Shown here in pieces: positions 6,265 to 16,870 of a stretch of 34,049 bases of DNA; positions within the stretch are counted from its first letter, which is position 1, and every line of letters starts with the position of its first letter. The DNA comes from Candidatus Micrarchaeota archaeon (lineage in GTDB: Archaea > Micrarchaeota > Micrarchaeia > Micrarchaeales > Micrarchaeaceae): the NCBI GenBank assembly GCA_021828705.1, contig JAJZDG010000001.1, positions 1 to 34,049 on the forward strand. Reading direction: 5' to 3'. Both the position numbers and the translations under genes were made by a program. Below the pieces are notes generated by a model. The model saw nothing but the letters and a program-made list of their open reading frames with translations, was not told the DNA's origin and made no database searches.

Positions 6265-8181
6265 ATGGAAAATAATGATTATTCTGCTAAGGATATAGTT
6301 GTGCTTTCTGGAACACAAGGCGTTAGGAAAAGGCCTGCGATGTATATAGGTTCCACAGGTATAGCTGGGTTTAATCATCTACTCTATGAGGTAATTGATA
6401 ACTCTATAGATGAAGCAACAGCAGGATTTTGCAATACTATAAAAATAACACTCTATAATGAAGATGGTATTGATGTTGGAGAGGTATCTGATAATGGAAG
6501 AGGTATACCTATAGATATAATACCAAAGGCAAACAAACCAGCACTTGAGGTTATAATGACATCGCTTCATTCAGGAGCGAAATTTGAAAATAAAATATAT
6601 AAGGTGTCTGGGGGTCTGCATGGTGTTGGGTTAACTGTAATAAATTCACTCTCAGAATATACGGTTGTTACGGTTAAGAAAAATGGGAAGATATACAGGC
6701 AGAGTTTTAGCAGAGGTATACCTACATCAGAGCTTCAAGTAATGGGCGATATAGACCCAAATGATAATGGTACTACAATAAAATTTAAACCGGACAAAGA
6801 GATATTTTCGGTAAGTCATTTTGATACAACTACTATAACAGAGCGGTTGGTTGATCTGTCATTTTTAAACCCCGGGCTTAAAATAGAATTTAGGGACAAA
6901 CGTGGGATAACTGAGGATACTGAAAAGATATATCATTCAAATAATGGTCTTCCAGACTTTTTAGATTATATACGCTCTGATAAATTACCAATATCAAAGC
7001 CGATAATAATGATAAAAGATTATGAATCTATAAAAGTGGAGCTTGCTATACAGTACGTTGAGAGTTATAGCGAAGAGCTTATTTCATTTGTAAATAGAAT
7101 AAAGACTGGAGAGGGCGGAACGCATGTAATAGGATTTCACACAGCGCTTACCCGTGCCATAACAAATTATATACAAAAAAATGTTAAAAGTAAGAACAAG
7201 ACTGCCGCTATTGAAGGGGAGGATACACGGGAAGGTCTTATTGGTGTTATTTCCATACTGATGCAGAACCCTGAGTTTGAGGGGCAGACAAAGGAGAAAT
7301 TGGGCAATTCAAATATAAAAAGTATGGTTGATAGCTTTGTTTATTCAACATTATCAACATATTTTGAGGAGAATCCGATAGAAATCGGAAAGATAATTGC
7401 AAAGGTTCAGGGTGCTGCTGAAGCGCGCGAATATGCAAGAAGGGCAAGGGAGCTTGCACGAAAGAAGGGAATGTTTGATGGTCCTGTGCTATCAGGAAAG
7501 CTCGCGGATTGTACAGAGGATGATCCTGAGAAAACAGAAATATTTATAGTTGAGGGGGATAGTGCTGCAGGATCAAGTAAGCAGGGCAGGGATAGGTTCT
7601 ATCAGGCTATATTGCCTTTGCGCGGAAAAGTATTGAATGTAGAAAAGGCGACTGAGGATAAGATATTTGGGAATAAAGAGCTTCATATGATGGTAACAGC
7701 TTTTGGCACAGGTATAAAGGAGAGTTTTGATATAAGTAAGATAAGATATGGAAAAATAATACTGCTTACAGATGCTGATGTTGACGGAAGCCATATACGA
7801 ACTCTGCTTTTAACATTTTTCTATAGATATCTTAAGCAATTGATAGAGAATGGTAATGTTTACATAGCACAGCCTCCATTGTATAAAATATCTAAAGGGC
7901 GAGAATCGCACTATGTTTATAGTGAGGAGGAGATGAATGAGAAATTAAAGCAATTTGAGGGCAATGCAAATATTCAAAGGTATAAGGGTCTTGGAGAGAT
8001 GAATCCAGAGCAATTATGGGAGACAACAATGGATCCAAAAACTAGAGTGTTAAAGAAGATAATGATAAAAGATGTGGTCCATGCAAATAAGATATTCTCC
8101 ATACTAATGGGTGTTGATGTGAGTGAGAGAAGAAAGTTCTTAGAGGAACATTCTAAGGATGTTAACTTTTTGGATGTATAG
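6265..8181 (+). CDS. gyrB: DNA gyrase subunit B.
   Basis: GHKL ATPase N-terminus (GLHHLVYEVIDNSIDE-like: FNHLLYEVIDNSIDEA), Toprim EGDSAGG motif (VEGDSAAGS), PLRGKVLNVEKA, DADVDGSHI, and the C-terminal QRYKGLGEMNPEQLWETTMDP signature. Confidence 0.95.
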   Translation: MENNDYSAKDIVVLSGTQGVRKRPAMYIGSTGIAGFNHLLYEVIDNSIDEATAGFCNTIKITLYNEDGIDVGEVSDNGRGIPIDIIPKANKPALEVIMTSLHSGAKFENKIYKVSGGLHGVGLTVINSLSEYTVVTVKKNGKIYRQSFSRGIPTSELQVMGDIDPNDNGTTIKFKPDKEIFSVSHFDTTTITERLVDLSFLNPGLKIEFRDKRGITEDTEKIYHSNNGLPDFLDYIRSDKLPISKPIIMIKDYESIKVELAIQYVESYSEELISFVNRIKTGEGGTHVIGFHTALTRAITNYIQKNVKSKNKTAAIEGEDTREGLIGVISILMQNPEFEGQTKEKLGNSNIKSMVDSFVYSTLSTYFEENPIEIGKIIAKVQGAAEAREYARRARELARKKGMFDGPVLSGKLADCTEDDPEKTEIFIVEGDSAAGSSKQGRDRFYQAILPLRGKVLNVEKATEDKIFGNKELHMMVTAFGTGIKESFDISKIRYGKIILLTDADVDGSHIRTLLLTFFYRYLKQLIENGNVYIAQPPLYKISKGRESHYVYSEEEMNEKLKQFEGNANIQRYKGLGEMNPEQLWETTMDPKTRVLKKIMIKDVVHANKIFSILMGVDVSERRKFLEEHSKDVNFLDV

Positions 8182-8190
8182 GTTATTTAG

Positions 8191-10665
8191 ATGCCAGAAA
8201 TTATAGAGACGCAAATAGAGAAGGAGATGCAGAGTAGCTACATAGATTATGCGATGAGCGTAATAGTAGGTAGGGCTCTGCCGGATGCGCGCGATGGACT
8301 AAAACCTGTTCAAAGAAGAATATTATACGCAATGTATAAGTTAAACAATGTACATTCACAACAGACAAAAAAAAGTGCCAGAATTGTTGGAGAAGTTATG
8401 GGTAAATATCATCCACATGGAGATATGGCCATATATGACGCCCTTGTTAGGATGGCGCAGCCATTTACTATGAAGCATACGCTTGTATCAGGACAAGGAA
8501 ATATGGGCTCAATAGATGGCGATCCTCCAGCAGCGCAGAGATATACTGAGGTTAAACTTTCAAAAATAGCAGAGGAGATGTTAAATGATCTTGAAAAAGA
8601 GTCTGTAGCATTTACCCAGAATTTCGATAATACTGAAGTGGAGCCAGTTGTTCTTCCAGCAAAATTGCCAAATCTTTTGCTAAATGGCAGTTCTGGAATA
8701 GCTGTTGGGGTTGCAACAAACATATTACCTCATAATATAAATGAGGTTTGTGATGCAATAGCCGCATTTGTTGATAATAGAGATATAAAACCGGAAGAAT
8801 TAATGTCTTATATAAAAGGTCCTGATTTTCCAACAGGGGGCGTTGTATTTTACAATAATCAATTATATTCATCCTATATGACTGGTAGGGGATCTGTTAC
8901 TATAAGAGGAAAGACTGAGATTGAAGAGACAAAAACTAGAAAGAGCATAGTAATAATAGAGATACCCTATAATGTAAATAAAGCAGTACTTGCCGAAACT
9001 ATAGGCAGGCTCATTAGAGATAAAATAATACAGGGCATAGCTGATATTAGAGATGAGAGCAGCAAGGATGATATACGCCTAGTTTTAGATCTTAAAAAAG
9101 ATGTAAGTGTTGATTATATACTTAATCTTTTGTACAAGCATACACAATTGCAAATTACCTCCCCTGTAATGAATATTGCAGTTCTAAATAATGCCCTATT
9201 AACAATGAACATACGGCAGTTCATAAAGGTATTTGTTGATCATAGATTTGATGTAATAACTAAAAGGACAATATATGATCTTAACGTTGCAAAAGATAGG
9301 ATGCATATAGTTAAAGGATTAGTAATAGCAATGGAGAACATAGATGAAGTTGTTTCACTTATAAAATCAAGCCAGGATACAAAGGACGCGCGCTCTGCAC
9401 TTATGGAAAAATATAAATTGTCTGAGAAGCAGGCAAGCGCAATACTTGATATGAAATTAAGCAGATTAACAAGCCTTGAAGTGTCATCTTTAAAAGCAGA
9501 AGAGAAAAATCTTGAAATAAAAATAGAGGAGTTAACTAGTATACTTGCAGATAATTTAAAAGTGTATCATATAATAAAAGAGGAAACATTGCATATAAAA
9601 AATACATATGGTATTGAGCGCAAGACAAAGATAGAGGTTAGCGAATTGCCTCCAACTATAGAAAATGAGGATTTAATAGAGGATATGGATATAACCATAC
9701 TACTCACGAATAATAATTACTTAAAAAGAATGAATATGAAGAGCTATAAAGTGCAGGACAGAGGAGGCAGGGGTGTTAAAGCTATAGAGTTAAAGGAGGG
9801 GGACTTTGCCAAGCAAACGCTATACTGCAAGAATAAAGATACTCTTATGGTATTTTCAAATCTAGGTAGGGCATATTGGATAAAGGCCTATATGGTTCCT
9901 GAAGGAGATAGATATAGTTCTGGAAAAGCTGCAATAAATCTAATAAAGATGCGCGATGGTGAACATATAGAGCGCGTTATAAATACAAAGGAGTTTATTG
10001 GAAAGTTTATAACATTTGTAACCTCAAAAGGCGTAATAAAGCGCGTAAGGGGTGAAAAATTTGCAAAACCAAGATCAAATGGCATAAATGCAATACCTCT
10101 AAGAGATGGTGATGCACTTGCAGATGTTTGCATATCAAATGGCGAATCGCAAATATTTTTATCTACAAAGAATGGCAAATCAATACGTTTTAATGAATCT
10201 GATATAAGGCTTATGAGTAGGATGGCGCATGGAATACGTGGTATAAGGCTTAAGGATAATGATAGCGTTGTAAATATAATATCTGTATCAGAAAAAGATT
10301 ATGTGATGTCTATAACTGAAAAGGGATACGGAAAGATAACAGAGCTAGATAAATACCGATTGCAATATCGGGGCGGCGGAGGCGTTCTCAATATAAAAAT
10401 AAGCGATAAAACTGGTATGGTGGTAAAGTCGCTCAAAGTTAGTGAGAATGATACTGCATTACTAATTAGTTCAAATGGCATATCTATACAATTTCCAGTT
10501 TCATCTGTAAGAAAGACTGGGAGAGCAGCAAGCGGAGTTAGGATAATGAGGCTTGAAGCTAAGAATTCTGTAGTTGATGCTCAGATAATATCTCCAGAAC
10601 TGGTTGATTTAAATCAAAATGTGACTATAGAAAGTGATAGTAACGAAGTTGATGGCAACATATAA
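8191..10665 (+). CDS. gyrA: DNA gyrase subunit A.
   Basis: [40 protein letters not shown], and the active-site region [10 protein letters not shown] (catalytic Tyr). The C-terminal beta-pinwheel repeats include a GyrA-box-like QDRGGRG. It starts 9 nt after gyrB. Confidence 0.95.
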   Translation: MPEIIETQIEKEMQSSYIDYAMSVIVGRALPDARDGLKPVQRRILYAMYKLNNVHSQQTKKSARIVGEVMGKYHPHGDMAIYDALVRMAQPFTMKHTLVSGQGNMGSIDGDPPAAQRYTEVKLSKIAEEMLNDLEKESVAFTQNFDNTEVEPVVLPAKLPNLLLNGSSGIAVGVATNILPHNINEVCDAIAAFVDNRDIKPEELMSYIKGPDFPTGGVVFYNNQLYSSYMTGRGSVTIRGKTEIEETKTRKSIVIIEIPYNVNKAVLAETIGRLIRDKIIQGIADIRDESSKDDIRLVLDLKKDVSVDYILNLLYKHTQLQITSPVMNIAVLNNALLTMNIRQFIKVFVDHRFDVITKRTIYDLNVAKDRMHIVKGLVIAMENIDEVVSLIKSSQDTKDARSALMEKYKLSEKQASAILDMKLSRLTSLEVSSLKAEEKNLEIKIEELTSILADNLKVYHIIKEETLHIKNTYGIERKTKIEVSELPPTIENEDLIEDMDITILLTNNNYLKRMNMKSYKVQDRGGRGVKAIELKEGDFAKQTLYCKNKDTLMVFSNLGRAYWIKAYMVPEGDRYSSGKAAINLIKMRDGEHIERVINTKEFIGKFITFVTSKGVIKRVRGEKFAKPRSNGINAIPLRDGDALADVCISNGESQIFLSTKNGKSIRFNESDIRLMSRMAHGIRGIRLKDNDSVVNIISVSEKDYVMSITEKGYGKITELDKYRLQYRGGGGVLNIKISDKTGMVVKSLKVSENDTALLISSNGISIQFPVSSVRKTGRAASGVRIMRLEAKNSVVDAQIISPELVDLNQNVTIESDSNEVDGNI

Positions 10666-10698
10666 TAAATATTTAAAACTCTATTTTAATTGATATGA

Positions 10699-11220
10699 AT
10701 GATAAAGGTTGTCTTAGTTGGCAGGATGGAAAAGAGTAAGTTAATAGATGTAGCATTGACGGCTAGGGCATTTGGCGCATCTGAACTTATTGCAACTCAA
10801 AAAGAACAGAAGGACAAATTATATATAACAAAATATTTTAAAGAGATTAATGATGATTGGGGCAGCAGCTTTAAAGTAAGCTTTGATTCTAATTGGAAGA
10901 AGCTTATATTAGAGCGCAACAATAACTATAAAACAATATATTTAACTAAATACGGCAGCAGCATAAAAAAATCAGAATATTCAATATCCACATACAAGAA
11001 CATAATGCTTATCGTATCTACAACAGATAATATAAAGGAGTTATATGATATGGCAGATTTTAATATAAGCCTTACGACCCAGCCACATACTATAATCTCA
11101 TCGATTGCTGTATTCTTAAATATGTATTATAAAGGAAGGGAGCTTGCTATGCACTTCGAAAATGCGAAATATAAAATAATACCAGAAAGCCATGGTATAC
11201 ACATGATAAAAAGTCATTAA
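10699..11220 (+). CDS. trm56: tRNA (cytidine56-2'-O)-methyltransferase, archaeal Trm56 (SPOUT family).
   Basis: VLVGR...IDVALTARAFGASELI and NISLTTQPHTIISSIAVFL align with the recalled Pyrococcus aTrm56 segments (VLRLGHR..HVALTARAFGADGII; NVAIGNQPHSEVAALAVLL). Size is about 173 aa. Confidence 0.8.
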   Translation: MIKVVLVGRMEKSKLIDVALTARAFGASELIATQKEQKDKLYITKYFKEINDDWGSSFKVSFDSNWKKLILERNNNYKTIYLTKYGSSIKKSEYSISTYKNIMLIVSTTDNIKELYDMADFNISLTTQPHTIISSIAVFLNMYYKGRELAMHFENAKYKIIPESHGIHMIKSH

Positions 11221-13962
11221 CTACGACCAATACTTTTTAGTTCTTATAAATTGCTTTTGTGCGTCAAGCAAATCAATAAAAAAACTATTATAATCTCTTT
11301 TGTACATCATAAGTATTTTTGCTGCTGTATGCACTCCTATTCCATATGTTGCAAGCGCAACAGCGGTTCGCCCACCATACGCATCAAAAAGGCTTGCTTC
11401 TGTTGTCATTTCTTTCAACATTTTAATTTCACTCTTATTAAGCTTGGACCCCAAACTGCGCTTTTTAGCAATAGCTGCATAATTTTCGTTATATCTTGTT
11501 ATCATTGTACTTTTGCAGTTTGGACATTTGATATCACTGCAATCTTTTAGTTCATCTAATTTCCTTGTAAATCTAAAATTACAGTAAGTGCACAATAATT
11601 CAACCTTTTTCATTAGTGTTGAATTTACAAAAGATTCCATTATAAGGCTATTAGGTGTTAAAGGAGCTATCAGTTCTTTTGTATAATATGCAGAGTTTAA
11701 TATTACATTACCAAATATGGAAATATTGTCAGCATCAAAAGATTTTATCCGCTTATGTCTTATTATATCCTCAAGCATTTTTATTGAATTATCTTTTTGA
11801 TAATTGTCCATAAGTTCATTTATTGTTTGTGTGTATATTGGAGATGCTTCAAAATGTTTTAATATTTGTTTTGATGTCTGTTTTGATACTTTAACTCCCC
11901 TATCTATAACACCAAAAAACTTTGCTATTGTTATAAATTTATGTATAAATACGTCGCTATTTAATAATGCAGATTCTAAAAGGTCTGGAATATTTTTAGT
12001 CCCTAAAGAATATATCATTTGCTCCAAGTCAATATTTCTATCACTCTCTATTAATATTGAATATGGTGAAGTTCTAATACCAACACTTCTTCCAGTTCTG
12101 TTAACAATATAATTAGATATTATTTTTCCAAATGCTTCATTACCTATACTACCAAGGGCAGAATAGATAACAAAATAATTTTCTAGTTTTTCAATAAATA
12201 TGTAATTGGGATTTGGTGTAAATGATTTTTTCTGCGTTTCAATAAAGCCATCTATAATATTTTTCATCTCTTTATTTTGTAGTTCAATGCCTCTATTGAA
12301 TATGTCAAATACTCCAATCGCCACTTCATTTGATACTGGTATGTCCTCACCACTCCAATCTGGTATTGCTCCATCAAAGTCTCCAGAAGGCTCAACACTT
12401 ATAATCTCATCATCAATGCTTATTACTCTCCATGGTAATCCTCTAGTTATAAAAGATGAATTTTCCTGTACACTGTTAATTACAAAACGCTCATCTAATG
12501 TGGATATTATTTTATTTGTATATATATCTTTTACTATAAATTTTTTGGAATCAGATATGAAACTTAAATTTTTATAATAGTAAATTTTAGCTCTACTGGA
12601 TATTGATATTAAACTATTATTATTTTTGATAAGTGATTGAGCCTCCATAAAAGAAAAAAGATCGCTTAATTTTTTAATTGTTATATTCTTATAAGGGAAA
12701 GAATTTTTTATGATGTTAAATATTGATATAGCGGGCAGTTCTATATGCTGTTGTAACAATATACCAATTATTTGATGCATTAAAACATCAAGTGCATTCT
12801 CATATAAACTATTTGTCTCGATTATTCCATGTTCAATATTTTCTAATATAGAATGGCTTTCCATAACCTCTATTATGTTTGTAGCAATTATTACTCCAAT
12901 CGAAGTGCCGCTTTCAATATGTCCAGATCTTCCAATTCTTTGTATTAGGCGAGTTCCTTGTTTTGGTGATCCATACTGTATTACAAGGTCTATTCTGCCT
13001 ATGTCTATACCGAGTTCAAGTGAGCTTGTTGCAATGACACATTTTAATTTTCCTGATTTAAAATCTTCCTCGACAGATATTTTTTCAATTCTGTTAAGCG
13101 AACTGTGGTGCACGCCTATACCACCAAAATAATCTATTTTGTTTATAAATGTTAATTTACTTCCAAGCGCTTCTACAATTTGTCTTGTATTCCCAAATAT
13201 TATAGTAGATTGAGATTTTTTTATATGGTCTATTATACAATTAAGTCTTGACGCGGATAAAATGTCTAAATCAAACTTTTTGATTATGCTCTCTTGCATT
13301 GATATATTTTTGTTTGGGTATTCTATTTTTACATAAGTATTCTTCTTTTTTTTAAGTTCTGCAATTTTAAATGCACTATCATTAAAAAGAAAATCCCCCA
13401 TTATTTTTATATTTCCTATTGTAGCGCTTATCCCTATAATTTGGAGTTCTTTCGAAAAGAGTTTGAGCCGTTCAATTGCTAATGACAGTTGAGTGCCTCG
13501 TTTGCTGCTATAAATTTCATGAACCTCATCTATTATAATGTATTTTGTATTTTTTAGTGCTTCTTTGAAATATGGAGATACTAATATGCTCTGTAAGGTC
13601 TCTGGAGTAGTTATTAATATGCATGGCGCATGTATCTGCTGTTTTTGCCGTTCGGATATTGTAGTGTCGCTATGTCTTGTTGCTATGCTTATATTAAATT
13701 CTTTACATATTGAAGATAAGCGCGTGTTGACATCTCTATTTAATGCTCTTAATGGTGTTACATAAATTAGTGATATACCTGAATACATTTTATTTTCAAC
13801 AATCATGTCTAAAATAGGTATAAATGCCGCTTCAGTTTTTCCAAAGCCTGTAGGGGCGCTAATGAGGCAATTTTCACCATTGTGTATTATTGGAATGCAC
13901 ATTTTTTGTATATCTGTAAATTTACCATATTTTTTTACAAATGAATCCTCTACAACACCCAT
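11221..13962 (-). CDS. lhr: Lhr-type large ATP-dependent helicase (superfamily 2, DEVH box) with a C-terminal Cys4 zinc ribbon.
   Basis: Walker A APTGFGKTEAA, DEVH (IIIDEVHEI), SAT (ISATIGN), motif VI QRIGRSGH, and a long Lhr-like C-terminal extension. CTYCNFRF...CPNCKS forms a CxxC...CxxC ribbon. Confidence 0.85.
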   Translation of the reverse strand: MGVVEDSFVKKYGKFTDIQKMCIPIIHNGENCLISAPTGFGKTEAAFIPILDMIVENKMYSGISLIYVTPLRALNRDVNTRLSSICKEFNISIATRHSDTTISERQKQQIHAPCILITTPETLQSILVSPYFKEALKNTKYIIIDEVHEIYSSKRGTQLSLAIERLKLFSKELQIIGISATIGNIKIMGDFLFNDSAFKIAELKKKKNTYVKIEYPNKNISMQESIIKKFDLDILSASRLNCIIDHIKKSQSTIIFGNTRQIVEALGSKLTFINKIDYFGGIGVHHSSLNRIEKISVEEDFKSGKLKCVIATSSLELGIDIGRIDLVIQYGSPKQGTRLIQRIGRSGHIESGTSIGVIIATNIIEVMESHSILENIEHGIIETNSLYENALDVLMHQIIGILLQQHIELPAISIFNIIKNSFPYKNITIKKLSDLFSFMEAQSLIKNNNSLISISSRAKIYYYKNLSFISDSKKFIVKDIYTNKIISTLDERFVINSVQENSSFITRGLPWRVISIDDEIISVEPSGDFDGAIPDWSGEDIPVSNEVAIGVFDIFNRGIELQNKEMKNIIDGFIETQKKSFTPNPNYIFIEKLENYFVIYSALGSIGNEAFGKIISNYIVNRTGRSVGIRTSPYSILIESDRNIDLEQMIYSLGTKNIPDLLESALLNSDVFIHKFITIAKFFGVIDRGVKVSKQTSKQILKHFEASPIYTQTINELMDNYQKDNSIKMLEDIIRHKRIKSFDADNISIFGNVILNSAYYTKELIAPLTPNSLIMESFVNSTLMKKVELLCTYCNFRFTRKLDELKDCSDIKCPNCKSTMITRYNENYAAIAKKRSLGSKLNKSEIKMLKEMTTEASLFDAYGGRTAVALATYGIGVHTAAKILMMYKRDYNSFFIDLLDAQKQFIRTKKYWS

Positions 13963-13966
13963 ATAA

Positions 13967-16003
13967 TTACCTACTATGCAATTTTTGGTGCCATGGATGC
14001 TTTTTTCTTTTTATTAATTTATCTACAATCAAGAATAGAATAAAGATAATTATTGCAGTAATAGCAACTGCTGAATATCCATCAAGAAAGAAAAGTGTTA
14101 CGGATCCATTAGCCGTTGATATATATATTAATTTTCCATTATAAGATGCGCTTCCGTTTATTGAGTTTAATAAAACATTATTAAAATTAACAATACCCTC
14201 CTTTCCTGTATACATAAATAATTTTGTGCCATTTTTAAATGTCAAATTTAATGACGCATTAACTGGCATGAATAAATAATCGACCGTTTTTATAGATACA
14301 TTATAAACAGGAAGTTTGAGGATGAATGTGTAATTTTTTTGGGCATTTAATGTTTTATTGATTAATATGTTAACCCCATTATAATATGCACTATAAACAA
14401 AGATGTTTTTATTTAATGGTATGTATGGGGTTCCATTAATATTCCCTATGTTTGTTTTGTAGTAATCTGGATAAATAAAATTATTGTATACATTTTCGCT
14501 TATTATTTTAGCAATATGTTCCGTCGCATAAATTGCGTGTATTTTCAAAGGTGATTTAACTGTTATATATGTGTCTGTGGTGTTGTAACTGATGTTTGAC
14601 CAGCCTATAAAACCATCACGTACTGATTCATTTATATATTTATACGGGTTTTTAATTGATATGTTGTCTACGCTGTTGTTGTCATACCATCCACTACCAC
14701 TCGCATTTCCAATTTCTGTGCTAACATTTACGTAATACTGTTTAACCCACATTGCATTAAAAATAAGTGGGCTCCTAACTGTAATATTTATTGATTGATT
14801 ATGGTTTGCTCCATTCCATCCCTCAAAAAGAAATCTTTCACTGTTGTTTAAATAAAATGTATTTTTATTTATATTTATATTTGCAGTGCTGTTGTTGTCA
14901 TACCATCCACTACCACTCGCATTTCCAATTTCTGTGCTAACATTTACGTAATACTGTGTTTTCCAATGAGCGAATTCAGAAACATTTCCGTTAATGCTTA
15001 TTATGGCTGTGTTATTGCTTCCGGTATAAGAACCGTATCCATTACCACTCCAATTTGCAAATGCAGCTCTTTGATATTTGCCTATATAAATATATTGTGG
15101 CGCTGATATTGTTGTAGTCGAATAAGCCAAATATTGTGATGATTGAGAAAGATTTCCATAATCTGAATATGTATTAAGGTAGTATCCAATATTCCATAAT
15201 AATGTATTATTTTTATACATAGGTAAACTTGAACCAGATTCAAAATAATCTAATGTATTTGCAACTTCTATAACACCATAAGGATTGTTCATTGACGTTT
15301 CGCTATTTTTTCCATATCCTATATAACTATACGCCTCCGCCACTTTTTTTACTATTGTTTGATTATAAAAACTGAAATTTTTGAATTTAACCGGAATCAT
15401 AGTACTGCTGTTATTTAATGCGTCAGCATATTCAGCGAAAGCGACAGGGGGATAGCCTCCTGATGTTGTTGAATTAAGCATAACGCTTCCTATCTTTATA
15501 TTATTTAGAAATAAATACCATACATTTCCTAATGCTCTAAAACCGTACTCATTAAAGGTTCCATTATCCCCAACACTTCCAGACGGTCCTATATCACCAT
15601 AAAAATTGTTTCCTGAATAATTTGCTGGAAAGTACTCCCAAAACCACGCTGGAATTCCTGCAGTGAGGTTCACCACTCCAGAACAGCCTGATGGGGAGCA
15701 GTCGTTTGCATATTCTCCACTCATATTTGGTATTTCATAACCTATTTGTATGAATGCACCGTTTTTGAGTGATTCTCCAACCCAATAAGCAAATGATCCA
15801 TGTTTTGGGGCATTTTGATAAATTGTTTGTATGTAACTACTTGATCCATTATTAAATTCAGCAGTATAAGAGGATTTTGCTCCGGTTTGAAACCAATACT
15901 GAGAATAACCCATATTAACCATTATAAGTGTTATAGCAATTATAAATAATGTCAAATTTGTATAATGCTTAATATGCACGTAGTCGCCAATTAATAATAT
16001 CAA
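13967..16003 (-). CDS. Large secreted, sequon-rich surface protein with tandem about 72-aa beta-repeat modules (InlB-B-repeat-like Y-V-x-V...GSGWY pattern) and a C-terminal TM anchor.
   Basis: Signal-like N-terminus (HIKHYTNLTLFIIAITLIMVNMG), well over 30 N-x-S/T sequons by eye, and a repeated QYYVNVSTEIGNASGSGWYDNNS block. The C-terminal hydrophobic helix is followed by KLIKRKKH. The start is uncertain: TTG 16003 or GTG 15979. Confidence 0.6.
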   Translation of the reverse strand: MILLIGDYVHIKHYTNLTLFIIAITLIMVNMGYSQYWFQTGAKSSYTAEFNNGSSSYIQTIYQNAPKHGSFAYWVGESLKNGAFIQIGYEIPNMSGEYANDCSPSGCSGVVNLTAGIPAWFWEYFPANYSGNNFYGDIGPSGSVGDNGTFNEYGFRALGNVWYLFLNNIKIGSVMLNSTTSGGYPPVAFAEYADALNNSSTMIPVKFKNFSFYNQTIVKKVAEAYSYIGYGKNSETSMNNPYGVIEVANTLDYFESGSSLPMYKNNTLLWNIGYYLNTYSDYGNLSQSSQYLAYSTTTISAPQYIYIGKYQRAAFANWSGNGYGSYTGSNNTAIISINGNVSEFAHWKTQYYVNVSTEIGNASGSGWYDNNSTANININKNTFYLNNSERFLFEGWNGANHNQSINITVRSPLIFNAMWVKQYYVNVSTEIGNASGSGWYDNNSVDNISIKNPYKYINESVRDGFIGWSNISYNTTDTYITVKSPLKIHAIYATEHIAKIISENVYNNFIYPDYYKTNIGNINGTPYIPLNKNIFVYSAYYNGVNILINKTLNAQKNYTFILKLPVYNVSIKTVDYLFMPVNASLNLTFKNGTKLFMYTGKEGIVNFNNVLLNSINGSASYNGKLIYISTANGSVTLFFLDGYSAVAITAIIIFILFLIVDKLIKRKKHPWHQKLHSR
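14672..14741. repeat. Copy 1 of a perfect 70-bp direct repeat inside the surface protein gene.
   Basis: gctgttgttgtcataccatccactaccactcgcatttccaatttctgtgctaacatttacgtaatactgt is identical base for base to 14888..14957 (checked by hand). Confidence 0.9.
14888..14957. repeat. Copy 2 of the perfect 70-bp direct repeat, offset 216 bp (72 codons) from copy 1.
   Basis: Identical to 14672..14741. Both encode QYYVNVSTEIGNASGSGWYDNNS on the minus strand. Confidence 0.9.
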
Positions 16004-16112
16004 AAAACTATTAAATACAATAGTATTTCTTTAAATTCTTTTAATATCACTAACTTATACGGATTTTTAAACATAGTTATTAATATTCTTATATTAATGT
16101 AAAAACGATATT

Positions 16113-16430
16113 GTGAAGAAATGGAATTCGCGTGTAAAAGCGAGCAGATGGTGGTATCTTGCAGGATTTGTTGGATTTGGTAGTTTGATAGCTATCGTCT
16201 ATGTTTTTTTATCTAAACGTCCAAATAAAATATTATCATTGCTTTATTTGATTGGAATCATAGGTCCGTTGGTAGTCTATGTTGTTACAAGAGGAAAAGA
16301 TAACAAGCTTTCTGACATTTCATTTAAGTTATTTATTGGTCAAATAATAGTTTTTGTTATGATATTATTTATAATGTTTTTTTTATTAACAGTTTTATTG
16401 GCACCTAGCCTCGCTGGGTTGGGTCAGTAA
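16113..16430 (+). CDS. Small membrane protein of unknown function (3 predicted helices).
   Basis: GTG start and hydrophobic segments separated by short charged loops. No recognisable family. Confidence 0.45.
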   Translation: MKKWNSRVKASRWWYLAGFVGFGSLIAIVYVFLSKRPNKILSLLYLIGIIGPLVVYVVTRGKDNKLSDISFKLFIGQIIVFVMILFIMFFLLTVLLAPSLAGLGQ

Positions 16431-16551
16431 AATTATCATATAGATCTTATCTAAGAAAACGCTTTAAAGAAATATAGGATAAAATATATTATACATGTTC
16501 AAAATTAGATTCAAGTAGAAAAAGATTTGGTAGAAAATAAAATAACAACTG

Positions 16552-16731
16552 TTAATTTTTGCTTTTATTCTTCTTTTTTATTCTACATCCTGTGAATAAA
16601 ACTATTAAGCCAGCTGTAATTAAAATAGCGCCTAAAATAGATATTGCACCTGCAACTGGTACTATGTGCCCCAATCCAATTCCAAAGAGAAAACCTCCCC
16701 CGACAATTAATCCTATACCTAAATTATTCAT
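16552..16731 (-). CDS. 59-aa glycine-zipper, two-helix membrane protein. It is below the 60-aa cutoff of the ORF track.
   Basis: Hand translation of the minus strand gives MNNLGIGLIVGGGFLFGIGLGHIVPVAGAISILGAILITAGLIVLFTGCRIKKKNKSKN*. It has an ATG start, a TAA stop, two GxxxG-rich hydrophobic helices and a basic tail. It is much more protein-like than the antisense 16559..16759 track ORF. Confidence 0.45.
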   Translation of the reverse strand: MNNLGIGLIVGGGFLFGIGLGHIVPVAGAISILGAILITAGLIVLFTGCRIKKKNKSKN

Positions 16732-16833
16732 ACTACATATTTTTAACCATGCTATTTAAGGTCTTTTATTAAATACATGCAAGAATTTACTTAATTGAGT
16801 GCGATTTGAGATAAAAAAATACATAGATAAAGC

Positions 16834-16843
16834 TTTTATAAAT
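16834..16843 (+). promoter_or_regulatory. TATA-box-like element (TTTTATAAAT, preceded by purine-rich AAAGC) upstream of nuoA.
   Basis: It lies about 28-37 nt upstream of the nuoA start (16871). This fits a leaderless or very short-leader archaeal transcript. Confidence 0.3.
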
Positions 16844-16870
16844 CACCTGTAATTCATATTTAGTGGGAGC

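Noticed and set aside
11251-13765. Several 60-123-aa + strand ORFs inside the Lhr helicase gene.
   Set aside because: All are antisense shadow ORFs within a continuous 913-aa helicase CDS carrying all SF2 motifs. They have no independent motifs or start contexts.
14672-14957. CRISPR-like or mobile-element repeat.
   Set aside because: There are only two copies, both in frame inside one CDS and encoding the same peptide block. This is an intragenic domain duplication, not a repeat-spacer array or an IS terminus.
15300-16003. N-terminal domain of the 678-aa surface protein as a thermopsin (A5) or glutamic (G1) peptidase, suggested by FAYWVGES...IQIGYE and WFWEYF resembling G1 motifs.
   Set aside because: The spacing between the putative catalytic Gln and Glu (about 35 aa) does not fit what I recall for G1 peptidases (about 80 aa). 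Similarity to thermopsin is limited to short strings. This is not supportable without a profile search.
16559-16759. Tracked 66-aa + strand ORF.
   Set aside because: Its Pro/Lys/Ile-rich product is not protein-like and it has a TTG-type start. The opposite strand encodes a much more convincing 59-aa two-helix membrane protein (16552..16731).
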